64,000 nucleotides of DNA from Takakia lepidozioides (taxonomy: Eukaryota > Plantae > Bryophyta). Positions 1 to 11,401 of this stretch are shown here, one piece after another. Both the position numbers and the translations under genes were made by a program. The stretch lies in contig CM060734.1 of the NCBI GenBank assembly GCA_030704615.1, positions 30,194,001 through 30,258,000 of the forward strand, written 5' to 3'. Numbering within the stretch: the stretch's first letter is position 1; each line of letters opens with the position of its first letter. The notes below the pieces were generated by a model that was not told the origin of the DNA, searched no databases, and saw only the letters and a program-made list of their open reading frames with translations.

Positions 1-2869
1 CGGAGAGCAGAGGTGGGGAGTTTCCAGATGCTAGTAGCCTACTGCATCAGCGTGCCCAGGTGGCTGGATTAGAGCCTGTCAGCTTCATAACGCTTGCTAC
101 CCCCCATCTAGGAGTGAGGGGGAAGAAACAGGTAGCTTACTTTCCCTAAGAAGTACGCGGATAGCTTTTGTAAGAAGCTTATGTCTTTCTGACTGAGTGC
201 ATTGTAAACAAGATCTGGTTGGTTTGGAATGTGTCAACTCTTTGAGTGTCATTTAATTTGGATGTCCAGAGGTAAGAAACAGGTACATTGTAATTGGTGC
301 TTGTTTTACTCTTTCACGGTTTAGGAAGATGGATGCAGAAGAGTCTCGCAGGAAGGGTGAACAAACTCTCTTTGGAGTAGTGTGAATGGTGCTAGTGCGA
401 ATCACTTGTACTAGAGTAGCTTCTATCTTTCAGGAGACTATGTTAGGATAAGCTGGGAAAGAACTGCTAATATTTTTAAACTGCTGCAGCTACCATTTTT
501 GCTGGGAGTGCCAGTCCTGGAGAAGCTGGCACCACCATTGGCACCATTTGTGGTGGGACGGACAGGACGACAACTCTTTCTGAAGGATGGAAAGTCTAGT
601 GACCCCCCTCTACTCTTGCGCATGGCCTCTGACTGTGCAGAAGGTCCCTTCATGTATGTATGTGCTAATTTCTTCCTTCGTGCCATTTGTTTGTGTTCGA
701 TGATTGAGAGTTCAATGTCTTAACCATCTTGGGTGCTGGTTAACCTGGAAATGCCTGTAGAATACAGGGAGTGGCAGTTGTCTTGTCTGCTTAGACGACA
801 TCAAAGGATGATAGAAAGCAGATTAGTGCAACTTATGTGTTTGTTTTGTTGATTACAGATCTGCACTTCGATCTTTTCAAGCAAGGGTGGCCTATGCCAA
901 CGTCAGCTATGATCGTATCCTCTCCTACAGTTTGAACCAATGAAGGGGTGCAATGTGTAGGAGAAGGGGAGAGAACCTCCCTTGAAACGGCAAGGACTGA
1001 TACAGATACTTTCATCTCAAACCAAACCATGCCTCCACTCACTCTCATATATCTACTCCTAATCTACATACCACATGGCCTTGATTGTCTTGCAACTGCA
1101 GTACGAAGAGAAGAAGAATGTTGTTACCTCAACAGGGCGCTGAAGGGCAAATGTCCTGAGAGAAAGTTTTCAAAACCAAGGCTTATATGCATAACAGAGT
1201 TGTAGGTTCTGTATTGACCTACACAGGGGGAGAAAGAAAGAAAGAGGAGAAAAGCTTTATAATGTCCAGGGGCTGAGGAAAGGGGGGAGAGGGGGAGAGA
1301 ATGTACTCATAAGACGTTGTTTGCTGTAGGGGAGAGGAAGAGAGAGAGAGAGAGAGAGAAGAAAACTTCTTATGTCCCTGGCAGGCCCAGAGGCCCCATA
1401 GAGCACAGTAGAATGAGTGGAACCAAAGAACGAATCTAACCCCACAGGTTGCACGAAGAGTGAGACATTTCCTCTGGTGGGTGAAAGAAGTGATTCCTGA
1501 CCTACCCTCTAATAGATATGGTTGGATGGCGTACATCGTCGATTCGAAGAGAAGACGAGCTGTCAAAGGTAATCTTTCCCTTTCAACTTCCTGATCTTGA
1601 TTCAACCAGATCGAAAAAAAGTACTCCTGAGACATTGTTTGCCATAGCCTTGTGGCCATAGACCCTGTGCCCAGTTTGGATGGAACCAGATCACGAGAAA
1701 ATATGTTAAAGAGGCATGCCTGGTTATTACCAGGTATGGTGTGTTGCAAGAGCAGTTTCCTGTAGCTGAAAGTTGGAAGGAGAGTATATTGAGCTACATG
1801 GCTGAGTTGGGTTCTTCAGTATCAACAGGGTGTCAGGCTATGATAGAACTAGAGCATTTCTACAACTTATTCTGCAAAGCAGCATTAAGGCATGGGAAAA
1901 AAGGCAGACTGCATGAAGGTGTTCAGTACAGCCACTCACTCTCAACAGAAACAATGCTGACAGTATCGAGTGTACAACTAATTCACTGTTGATGTGTTTT
2001 GCTGATTGCAGACTCCACGCCACTCTTTATATGGGTACAAGCATGTAGTGAGCGTTGTCTTTTGTCCAGCAGTTGAGAGCAATGCACCCAGTTTCGAGAA
2101 AGAGACTGCCAGGGGAAAGGCCGCTGCTCAAGTGGCCCCCAGTAGCAAAAAAGCGGCCGCCTACCATGATGTACTTGAAGGCACGTTGTGTAGTTCCCTG
2201 TTCGGCCAATTGTGTGTGCTTGTGTTTTTGTCAGTTACATCATACATGAGGTCAAAGCACCTTATGTCTGTTGGAAAGGATCCTAGATCAAAAACTAAGA
2301 AGCTTTTCTAGCATGCACTCTCATGTATATGTTTTTCTGTCCAGTTATCTCAGTTGGTCTCTTTCCCCTACATTGACAATGGCATGGTGGCCCTTGCAAC
2401 AGAGGAGATGATACTAGGGTTGCAGCAGGTGAGTTGGCGCAAAGTCGATGTGAGCTTTCACTCAGCTGCATGGCCATTCTTGGCTCACAATCACATCCAT
2501 GTAACCATTCTTCTACCTTGCTTGACTTTGGTATGTGTTAGTGTAGCTACTGGTTGTAATGTACAACACTCTATCTGAAGTTTCTAGATTTTAAGAGATT
2601 TGGGGTGCTTTTGTGACTATCTGGACTTCAAGAAACTTGAAAATCCACAGATAGACTCTGTATCAAAACTCTAATTCAATTTTCAGATTGCGCCAAATAT
2701 TTGGCAAGCATGAATAATCTGCCGGTAATCTGATTTGAAGGAGGTGTGCAAACACCAATGGCAGGTGAAGCAAGAGTGGCTGCATTCTGAGGGAGCGGGT
2801 GTCATTGCACATGTCGCGGACACTTTGAAACAGCAGGAGCACTCTGTATTTCTGGAGGCAAGTCTGTAG
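1..2869 (+). CDS. DUF676 putative serine esterase/lipase (ROG1-like), 3' part, multi-exon
   Basis: Spliced exons ~1-131 (AGLEPVSFITLATPHLGVRGKKQ), ~490-652 (LPFLLGVPVLEKLA...GRTGRQLFL...LLLRMASDC), ~859-914 (RVAYANVSYD), 1516-1568 (HMVGWRTSSIRRE), ~2012-2180, 2403-2500 (EEMILGLQQVSWRKVDVSFH...AHNHIHV), 2765-2869 (VKQEWLHSEGAGVIAHVAD...stop). These motifs are typical of plant DUF676 proteins. Confidence 0.9.
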
Positions 2870-3666
2870 TGTTAGCATCGCACAGTTCCACCTGGCTTTA
2901 CTGTTTCTGGAGGTGAGCCTATAGTGATAGCATCGCACGGTCCACCTGGATTTACTGGTTATGGAACCCTTCCCTTGGATCCACAGAGGCAACAAGAAGC
3001 TTAAGTGCTCCTTCAATATGTGAGATTTCATTTTACTTTTTGTATCAAAAGATGTATTTTCCAGTATTTTTTACTGATCAACCAATCTAATCACTAGCCC
3101 ACAAATAAAGTGAAATGATAAAGGTGAAGTTGAAGTCTTGCCTTCATGGTGTTAGGATTTAGAGGCATGACAAGCTGCAGATCAGAGTGGTGATTGACAG
3201 TTCCAACATATCTATTCTTTGCAAGCTGGAGTGGATTCCAGTTTCTGTTTTACACCCCATACAGGCAGTTTTAGATTGACCTTGCATAGACAACATTATA
3301 TTGCAAAAGGTGACATTTTGTGAACTATTTTACTTCAAAGGCTCATTGTGCGGGAAAAAATGATTGGATTCAGGATTGCTGCGTGTCATACCCAGGCATA
3401 ATGAATGAAATCAGATACATGGCCAAGAATAGACACTCCCAACACACAGACCTGCCCGATAAGCAAAATTTGCTCTTCATCCCGATCCACTTCATGCTGC
3501 CTAGAAAGGTAGGGAGTCTACTGTAAAAACTTCCCTAGCTTCTCCAGGAGCTCTCTAGTATTTTGTACTTCTGTTCCCTTTCTTTTCCTGCCTCTCCAAG
3601 CAGAAAGCACGGAATATCCCGTGGGGCCAATGCCTGTCAGGTCTTTGAAAACAATGTATCGTATGC

Positions 3667-6600
3667 CTACAAAAGGGCTGCTACAGTTGCAGCAATAACC
3701 GCAAATAACAGAGCCGTTGCCACTCTCAAATCTAGGCCACTGCTTGGTAGGGAGGGATAATCTTGAGGTTCAGGGAGAACACAGTCGTCTCCATTGAAGT
3801 ACACACGATGAGGAAAGGTCCATCCATGGCCCAACTGGAAAGCTGGATCCTTCCTAAATAAAATCTCTGATTGGACATTTCCATCTCGCCCAGCTTGCAT
3901 GAGCATGTCGTTGTAGTACTTGATACCCCAGAAAATAGCCGAGTCATCTGCAAAAGTAAGCAAGCCCTAACTTCAGTTCCACTCTACTTGTTACTGCATT
4001 CAGTATCTTCACTGTCTGAGTTTGGTTACTTGCTCAATCCCAGCTCACCGGTTAAAGAAGCTCCAGGGCATCAATAGGGGCCAAATCACACTGCTCACTA
4101 ACATCTGTATGATGCAGCTGCAAAGCTTCCAAGAGCAAAGCCCCCTATATTTGTCCCACAGGGTTATGTATAATCCATCAGAGCCTGATTGAGCCTGTTG
4201 GCCCTTCCAGTACTTCCAGTGCATGTATCTCTAACATTCTGAACAGGCAAGTACATCAAGACAAGTGTGCCAACCATCATGTGTTGCACTCACTGCTGTG
4301 TGACCCATATGGGTTGAGGCCATTATAGCTGAAACTGAAAGCCTCGGTGAAATTCCGGAAGTTTGGGTGCTGGACCACCAAGTTCCATTGTGTGTAGTTC
4401 CTTGACAAGTCACGATTTGTGATAGTGATCTTCACCCGCCAGTACTCCTGGTAATTGGTCTTAACATGCCAGTGTACTTTCACAGGACACATATCCCTGG
4501 TGCAATACAGCATATCTTGCGTATGGAGCCCATTGCTTTTAGGCGGAATGTAAGGGTGCGTGTTCGCACTGCAGTAAAAGAACACTTTTCAATTAGAAAG
4601 AGAGAAACAGACACACATAGGTAGTCACTAGTCATTGCAAGAATGGAAAGAAAGACTTTTGTCCACTGGGATGCACAAAGGACCTTGGGAACCAAATTAC
4701 AACAGTGCTCTAAAACCACCTTCAAGTGAGGAAGAGAGAACCTTCCCCCTCAATATAATAAAGAGATACAAGCTTTCCTACAGATATACGGCGAATTTCA
4801 GTGCAACGTGAGGAGTATAGTAACTGTCTCTCACTTCCTTTTGTCCTTGAAATCTACAGGCAGTGTTTGTCTTTTGAAATGCAAGTCACCAGTCTAACTT
4901 GTAATATAAATTTGTTGCATGGGCTGTCCCTTAGCATATGAATCTTAAAAAGGCATGGACATGGAGAGCTTACGGATCAATGCATGTGAGAGCAGAATCT
5001 ATTGTTGTCAGTCCAGTGACATTAGATGGGCAGGCACAAGCGCACTCAGGGCATGGAACAATTGTGGAGTTGTAAAATGAGGAGAAGGACACACAGCACG
5101 TTGGTGCCTGTTGCGCCAAGTACTGCGAGTAGGTGCATGTGATATTCCAGGTCACTGCATGCACACAAGTCAAGTGCACATTTGTCAGGTCTTTCATTCT
5201 GCCCTACTGATATCTAGCAGGGTTGGAGGAGATGCCCAACTTCATGTCAACAGGTAGGTTTCTGCACAGATGAAAAAGCCTGTGCAACAAGCATTGTCAA
5301 CTCCAAAACTTCACCATAGATAGTTACAGAGATAAGTGGGGGACGGTGCAGGGCCAGAAGGATGACATTCACAGGTGCCTTCATGAACTAAAGGTAAACC
5401 AGATTGTCCACATGGAATCATTGTCATTACTGACACATGATCTCTACCATGAGATTTCATTGCTACTCCACATCATATGACCAGATATTTCCGAGTTAAA
5501 CATTCAAAGCAGAAACTCATGGAGGAGAAGGAACAGACTTAGAGCTTGAGTGAATCTCCTTCCATCAGGTGTAGGAAACAATGTTTTTGGCACCTTCATC
5601 GCAGGCCCACAAGTGTACCCAGGTCCTGGTGTCATGAGGGTAATATTCTTTGGGAGCAGCACAGTAGTGTTGGTGTTCCCTGAATTCCCCACAGTTATTT
5701 GGAAACTTGCAACTGACGTTTTTGAATCCTGGGCAAATGATGATAGCACCCCGCCCCTACAACAGTTTGCCGTTTGCTGGTTGTAGGGAACGCCAGGCAG
5801 CAGGTCAATGACATTTGGGTTTGGTGCACAACAGTGCGGAAGTGCAGTGTGGAACTTGGAGCAGTCACCCTGGTAGACAGTTTGGGCACCAATCATGTTC
5901 CAGATGACTTCCTTTTTAGCCCAATGCCAGCCCAAAGTCCAGCCAGGGGCCTGAATATGACGATACTGCTGCCAGTTGAACATTGTCACAATGGCCTGCA
6001 ATTCCGAGTTTGGAGCATTGGTCACAGATCAATATCCAGACCGTCATCCACCTGTAAAGGTGGACAATCATTTTCTACGGTTGCAAAGGAAGTGACACAG
6101 GAGCAGTTGTACAAGGTCAATTCTTGATGTACAAAAAGATCATATTACTGCCAGTGTATGTGTATCCAGCCAAGATAGTGAATTTTCCCTTCTTGGACCT
6201 CTGCACGTTCCTTTCGATCTAGTATGTGCATTTGCAATGTAGAATGTCTGCGGCACAGCATTCAAGTTCCAATTTAGCAGATGCTGTTTAAAGAGATTAG
6301 AGTTACCTACTGTGTATCCGTCTGGTGTCCACTGTATGACATCCCATTTGATAGTGATATTTCCATTTGGATCCAAAGGATCAAAAGCCTCTGCCGACAG
6401 ACAACAGGTAAGTGAGCAAACAAAATACGTACATCGGGTCTGCATTGCTGCATGTATAGGCAACCACAGACGACAAGATGTGAAAACTGCTTCAGCAAAT
6501 GATGAACAAAATAGCGAGCTACAGTCAAAGGCTACACAATCGGCACTCCTCGCACATTGCAACCTGATAGTCCAGGAAATCATTGCTACACCAGATATGA

Positions 6601-6696
6601 ATACATGAGGGCTAATGACAAAAGTCTCACCAGCACACTGAAACGCGAAAAGGAGGATCACTCCTACCGCCAAGGAGCTCCAGCTGCAGTTGTTCA
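3667..6696 (-). CDS. COBL: COBRA-like GPI-anchored cell wall protein, 6 exons
   Basis: Signal peptide exon 6696-6631; AFDPLDPNGNITIKWDV (6390-6311); WQQYRHIQAPGWTLGW...CCRGGV (5995-5539); CCVS motif PTCCVSFSSFYN (~5155-4973); CTRDMCPVKVHWHVKTNY (~4569-4294); FWGIKYYNDML...GWTFP plus hydrophobic GPI tail (~3947-3667). Confidence 0.95.
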
Positions 6697-7136
6697 TGCC
6701 GCTGAGATGTAAACCCACAAGAAGCTTTCTAGGTGTCTTAGCTGCACGTCCTTATCACAGTGCTGGTCGCAGCGTCCAAGCTTGGCATTGCGCCTCCAAC
6801 CACCTCCGCCAATGAGGAGTGAATGCCATTTTCTGCACCTATGTGCGAGATGTTCTCTGGAGAAGCGAGAGTTAGTTCGAGGACCCCGAAGCTGGGAGCC
6901 CAAAAAAACCATAAGTGATTCTTCTGGTCCTTCCGCCTCAGTTTCCACACACGAATGAGAGTGCACCATTGCGGACCTCCAGGCATGCAATAATGCTACT
7001 CATCAATCGTCATAACAATTAAAGGGTGTACGTAATGTGAGACTTGTGCTGCTGATCATAGCTCTTTAACGTACCTGCTTGAGAGTTTAATAGTTATTCC
7101 TTGTTTCCCGTATGCTCATAAGAGTGTGAGACACCA

Positions 7137-7372
7137 GTTGCTGCTGCTGCTTGTGCTTGCTCCTCAGCTACCTATTGTGAGAGTCAAGTTTCTGGTCTTC
7201 GCTTCAATACAGAGAAGGAGTGAACCTGAAACTTTGAGACTTGTTGCAAGTGTGTGCTTGCTGCACACACTTGTGTTGCTGCTGCTTGCTCCTCAGCTAT
7301 CGTGACAGTCAAATTGCTGGTCTTTGCTTCAATACAGAAAAGGAGTGAACCTGAAACTTTGAGACTTGTTGC
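7137..7372. repeat. Direct duplication (~100-130 bp, 2 copies) upstream of COBL
   Basis: gttgctgctgc...ctcctcagct...gcttcaatacaga.aaggagtgaacctgaaactttgagacttgttgc occurs at ~7137 and ~7275. Confidence 0.85.
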
Positions 7373-8331
7373 TGGTTCTTGTTAGATGATCCCCCAGTTT
7401 TCACCTATGAACTAACAAAAAAGAGGTGTCTTTGCTGTGAGAGACTAATGTCTGGTCCGTCCTCCACAGCTTACATAAACAAAAACATGTGTACCTACAA
7501 CTGTCAACTTCCAGTTGTTTTTGCTTCTTGGTCCTCACCTTCACACACATTACAGACTGTCCTTCCTACTTCATCCAGTTGCTCTCCAAAACAACCCACA
7601 GGAGAGGACTGCAAGGAGGACTGAACCTGTGCAAGCTACCTAGTGATTGAGAAGAAGACTCGCATGCAAGAATACCACTGTGAGAAGTTAGCGCCCTCCC
7701 CACCCCGCGCCGCCCCCAACACGTGGCGCTTTGGCACTGCCTCATGTTACTGGTAAGTACCCATCCTTACGTGGGTTTAAGCCATGGTCGGCAGGCTTGG
7801 CGCGTGACGGTGTAAGAGGGGCAGGTAGACGAGAAGGTAAGGGAGATGATGACCGCTACTATTATAAATGCTGTTCAGACACAGGACGGCACAACTTGCA
7901 TGCGATCATTACCACATTCACGCTACAACGTATTTCCTGACCTGGGCAGTTGCTAGGTGAACACTTAGGGAATTCCAAATAGGCCTTGATGTGAAATGCA
8001 GCGCAATTCACTTGATCAGATGCCAATTCTATTGAATTGCGATGCCAATTCAATTGAACTGACCCTAATTTGCAATTCAATTGAATTGCTGACTGCAATT
8101 CAATTGAATTGTAATCTATAATTTTTAACGCAGTTTTGTATATAATATATTATCATGTGTATGTATATGTATATGTATCATATACACATATACATATGAG
8201 AGTATAAGATGAATATACATGCTGGCCCGTCTATTCCTGCTGCCCGTCCATCCTTTGCTTGTGGTAAGGCCTAAGTCACGACATGAGTCGCGTACCCTAA
8301 AGGAGAGATATATACTACACATATATACTAG

Positions 8332-8580
8332 TAGAGGTATCGTCATTAGGTTGTAGCCCTGTTTGATATATCTACAGAGGTATAGTATTTCATTTTACAA
8401 GAAAAGTTGGCCAAATTAATCTATATTTATGCGGAGGTATCGTCATGAGACAGTAGCCCTGTTTAGTATACCACCAGAGGTATAGCGCATGACTTACAAA
8501 GAAACCTGGTCAAATCAGCCTATATGCAGGTTGAGGTATCGTTATGAGGTAGTTGCCCTGTTTAGTATACCTACAGAGGG
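8332..8580. repeat. ~100-bp tandem repeat (about 2.5 copies) just inside the left TIR
   Basis: gaggtatcgt.at.ag...gt.gccctgttt..tata.c..cagagg recurs at ~8334, ~8434 and ~8533. Confidence 0.8.
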
Positions 8581-8985
8581 ATTGGCATCGTACGCATTCT
8601 TATCTCTGTTTTTATCCCAGTCCTCGCTTGTTAGATTCTACAGTTGTTCATCGCGTAGCACTTGACTACATGATGTCTATTGTTTCTGGTTTACTCAATA
8701 AGAAGAGTGGGATAGAAATGTCAAGTGAGTTTTTCATGGTACGTGTCATGGTTGGGTGGACAGGAAGCGGCCAAGGAAGAGGCAGCAGCAGAGCTGACAC
8801 ATTTGGTAAGGCAACCGTGTCCATCCTGAGTATGAATGATGCTGCACCCTCGGAAATACAAGATGCTTCAAGTAAGTTCAAAGAGCTTTCTTCTCTTTCT
8901 GGTGTGCTGGATATGTATGCGGAGGACAACTAATATCACCTTAGGTGCCAAGGTAGAAACAAACAACCAAACCCTATTTCATTTC

Positions 8986-9029
<44 letters not shown>

Positions 9030-9379
9030 CTCTCGTGTTTCTCCCTGTCCTCTAGGAAGCCTATTGACATTGGGTAGACTTGAAACGGGAATACATTAAT
9101 GTCTCTGTCACTAAATGCCGGCCTTCTGACCTCGTGTCCTTGTTTGTTTCGACCTTAAGCGTTTTGCTTCAGGTAAGGTAGTGCATTGGATTTAGTTGGA
9201 AAGCTTGGGGCCTTTCCCTCTTTAGAATATGCCTACACGGGCCATTCCCTGCAACTCCCTGGAGTGTGATCTCTGAATGGTAACAAGCGGACTCCTACCG
9301 CTTGGGGGCAGCTCCTCCGCCCAAATTGGGCAGTCGTATGCTCTGTCTAGCATACTCGGCACTTGGGCTCGGGTTGGTT

Positions 9380-9830
9380 CCTGTGCTTAAACTTATGGCC
9401 TGCGAAAACAATCAAAAATTTAGCTCCTATCAACATCAACACTCCTCAGGGTGATCCCTCACAAGTGGTTACTTATGCGAAATCTAGGGCTTCATGTGTA
9501 GTTTTTGGGGTGAATCCCAAGATGGACGATGTGTCCTTTAAAACTACATGCTCTACCTTAGGCTTGGATTTCATGGTTAATGGTACCATCTCAAGACTTG
9601 ATAACAGGGGTACGTTGAAGGTTGCAATGACCAAAAGTGCTTCTAATAGAGTCCCGCATCAATTCAATCTCAAAGAAGTTCGTTCGTGATTTCTTGTTTG
9701 ACAATTGTGAAATTATCAACAAGGGTTTGAGGTACGAGCATAGTATCTGGCTAAAACTAAATTTGAAGGGCGGCATGAGTACTCTGCTGGACCTCTTTGT
9801 CCGTTGTGTTTACATGCCCACAGAGGGGAC
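9380..9830 (+). pseudogene. LINE-like fragment (APE endonuclease piece) inside the Pack element
   Basis: VRDFLFDNCEII...SIWLKLNLKGG...LFVRCVYMPTEG resembles the IWxK...LxxxxVYxPP segment of non-LTR APE domains. Confidence 0.5.
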
Positions 9831-10417
9831 CCTGTGTGCAAACACGGAGGATGAAGAAGGGACAAACAATGATGGAGGAGATGAGGGAGAGGAGGAAGAA
9901 ACAGATGACGACGATGCAGATGAGGAGGAGGAGGAGGAGGAGGAGGATGATGATGATGATGATGAAGAGGAAGGAATGTAGAACAAATCGAATCAGGGCC
10001 TCTTTTTTGGCTACCTTCACCTTGTAAGTATGGAGAAAATTCGACTTGTTTGTGTGTTTCTTCTTACTCTCTTTTTGACATTCTAGTTGCCTAAGAAAAG
10101 TGCCCAAATAATGGTACAAAGATACGGACTACACTACTCCATTGTAGGGAGGCTATGTCGCTATTGTCCTACCAAGAGGAATGTGGTTTGCAGGCTATGT
10201 AAGCGCCGGGTGGTTTTCCTAGCCTCAAGTATAGCTCCCAGGAACCTTTGCTAAATGGGTGCATACAACATAAAAGTTGTAGGCCGAGGCTATGTACATA
10301 TTTTGAGGCTATGGATACAGTGACTGCTTTAGGATTAAGCATGTAAATGGGTACATTGGGAGTCCAATTCACTTACTCTTTGGCCATGTTGCTGATCTGG
10401 TGCTTGTGCATTTGTAG

Positions 10418-10537
10418 GATTTTAAGCAGAAGTATCCAGACGTGATTGTGCCAAACCCACTAGAAGCCATTCAACAACTGCGGAACAGGCAGTCGATGCT
10501 TCAGGATGTGGCCGATCTAGACCTTTGTGACTATGTG
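10418..10537 (+). pseudogene. ITPK: Captured single exon of inositol-tetrakisphosphate 1-kinase (ITPK)
   Basis: After a tttgtag acceptor it reads DFKQKYPDVIVPNPLEAIQQLRNRQSMLQDVADLDL, matching the plant ITPK segment HPEVTVLDPPxAIQHLxNRQSMLQxVADL. No other ITPK exons are nearby. Confidence 0.8.
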
Positions 10538-11269
10538 GTTGGTTTTAGGCCAGTACACAGTGCCTTCAACCAGCTCTTATATCTATTTGACCTGGAGTTT
10601 CGGTTTAGGGGCATCAATTTAATCAATTTTACTCACACTGAGAACCAAATTTTGAGTAACCAGTCATATTGCAGACTTAAGTTAATTTAAATCTCAGTGA
10701 TTGAGTGAGTGAGTCCACGGCAATGCCTGGATACATGAGAAGTTGACCTGCATTTTGTTGTTTTCTGCAACTTTTGGAATTTGAATATGGTCCTGGACGA
10801 CCATCCGATCTGCTTCCTTCTTTTCATAGCCCCGTGTTTTCATTTTGCTCGTGTTGTTTGTAATCTGAGTATCCCGCAACAAAGAGGAAGATTTAAAGAA
10901 CTTAGTTGATGAATTATGTTCTGCATGATTCCCACATCTGAGGAACAACGGAATCACCAGTCATGAAGCAGGTTAGAGGTCTGCTACAAGTGGTCACTTG
11001 CGTATGGGCTAATATGGACTTGGTAGTGATCTTCCTGTGCAGACCGTTGTCCATGTGCTTTTCAATCAATCTGCGGTTCCAGTACAAAAGAATGTAGAGG
11101 TATTGACCACAAGAGGAAGCAATATAACTTGGCATAGGGGCTGATATGGACTTGACATTGATCTTCCATGTGCACACCTCTCTCCATGTGCTGCTCATCC
11201 ACCACTCTACCCACTGCCTGCGTATCGCTGGTTTGACTAAGTGACTGGTCACTAGATCACCAGTCACAC

Positions 11270-11401
11270 CTTCATAGGAGTTGGCATGTGGCTTGCAAGT
11301 GTTGGGCTGCCAATAACAAACCCACTACAACGTTGCACTACAACCATAATCTCATCACTATTGTAGAACTTAGCATTCATGCTCTCGATTCCCACTCCAG
11401 C
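11270..11401 (-). pseudogene. FLV: Captured fragment of a flavodiiron protein (FLV, flavodoxin-like domain)
   Basis: Minus strand reads AGVGIESMNAKFYNSDEIMVVVQRCSGFVIGSPTLASHMPTPMK followed by a GT donor. This matches the FLV motif AGVxVESxNxE...GFxIGSPTLGGHxPTP. Confidence 0.8.

Noticed and set aside
1219-1749. 176-aa minus-strand ORF
   Set aside because: Antisense to DUF676 introns and an exon, includes a GA microsatellite, and has no recognisable domain.
9637-10119. Acidic, poly-Leu and poly-Arg ORFs
   Set aside because: Products of a GAG/GAT microsatellite joined to a LINE fragment inside the Pack element.
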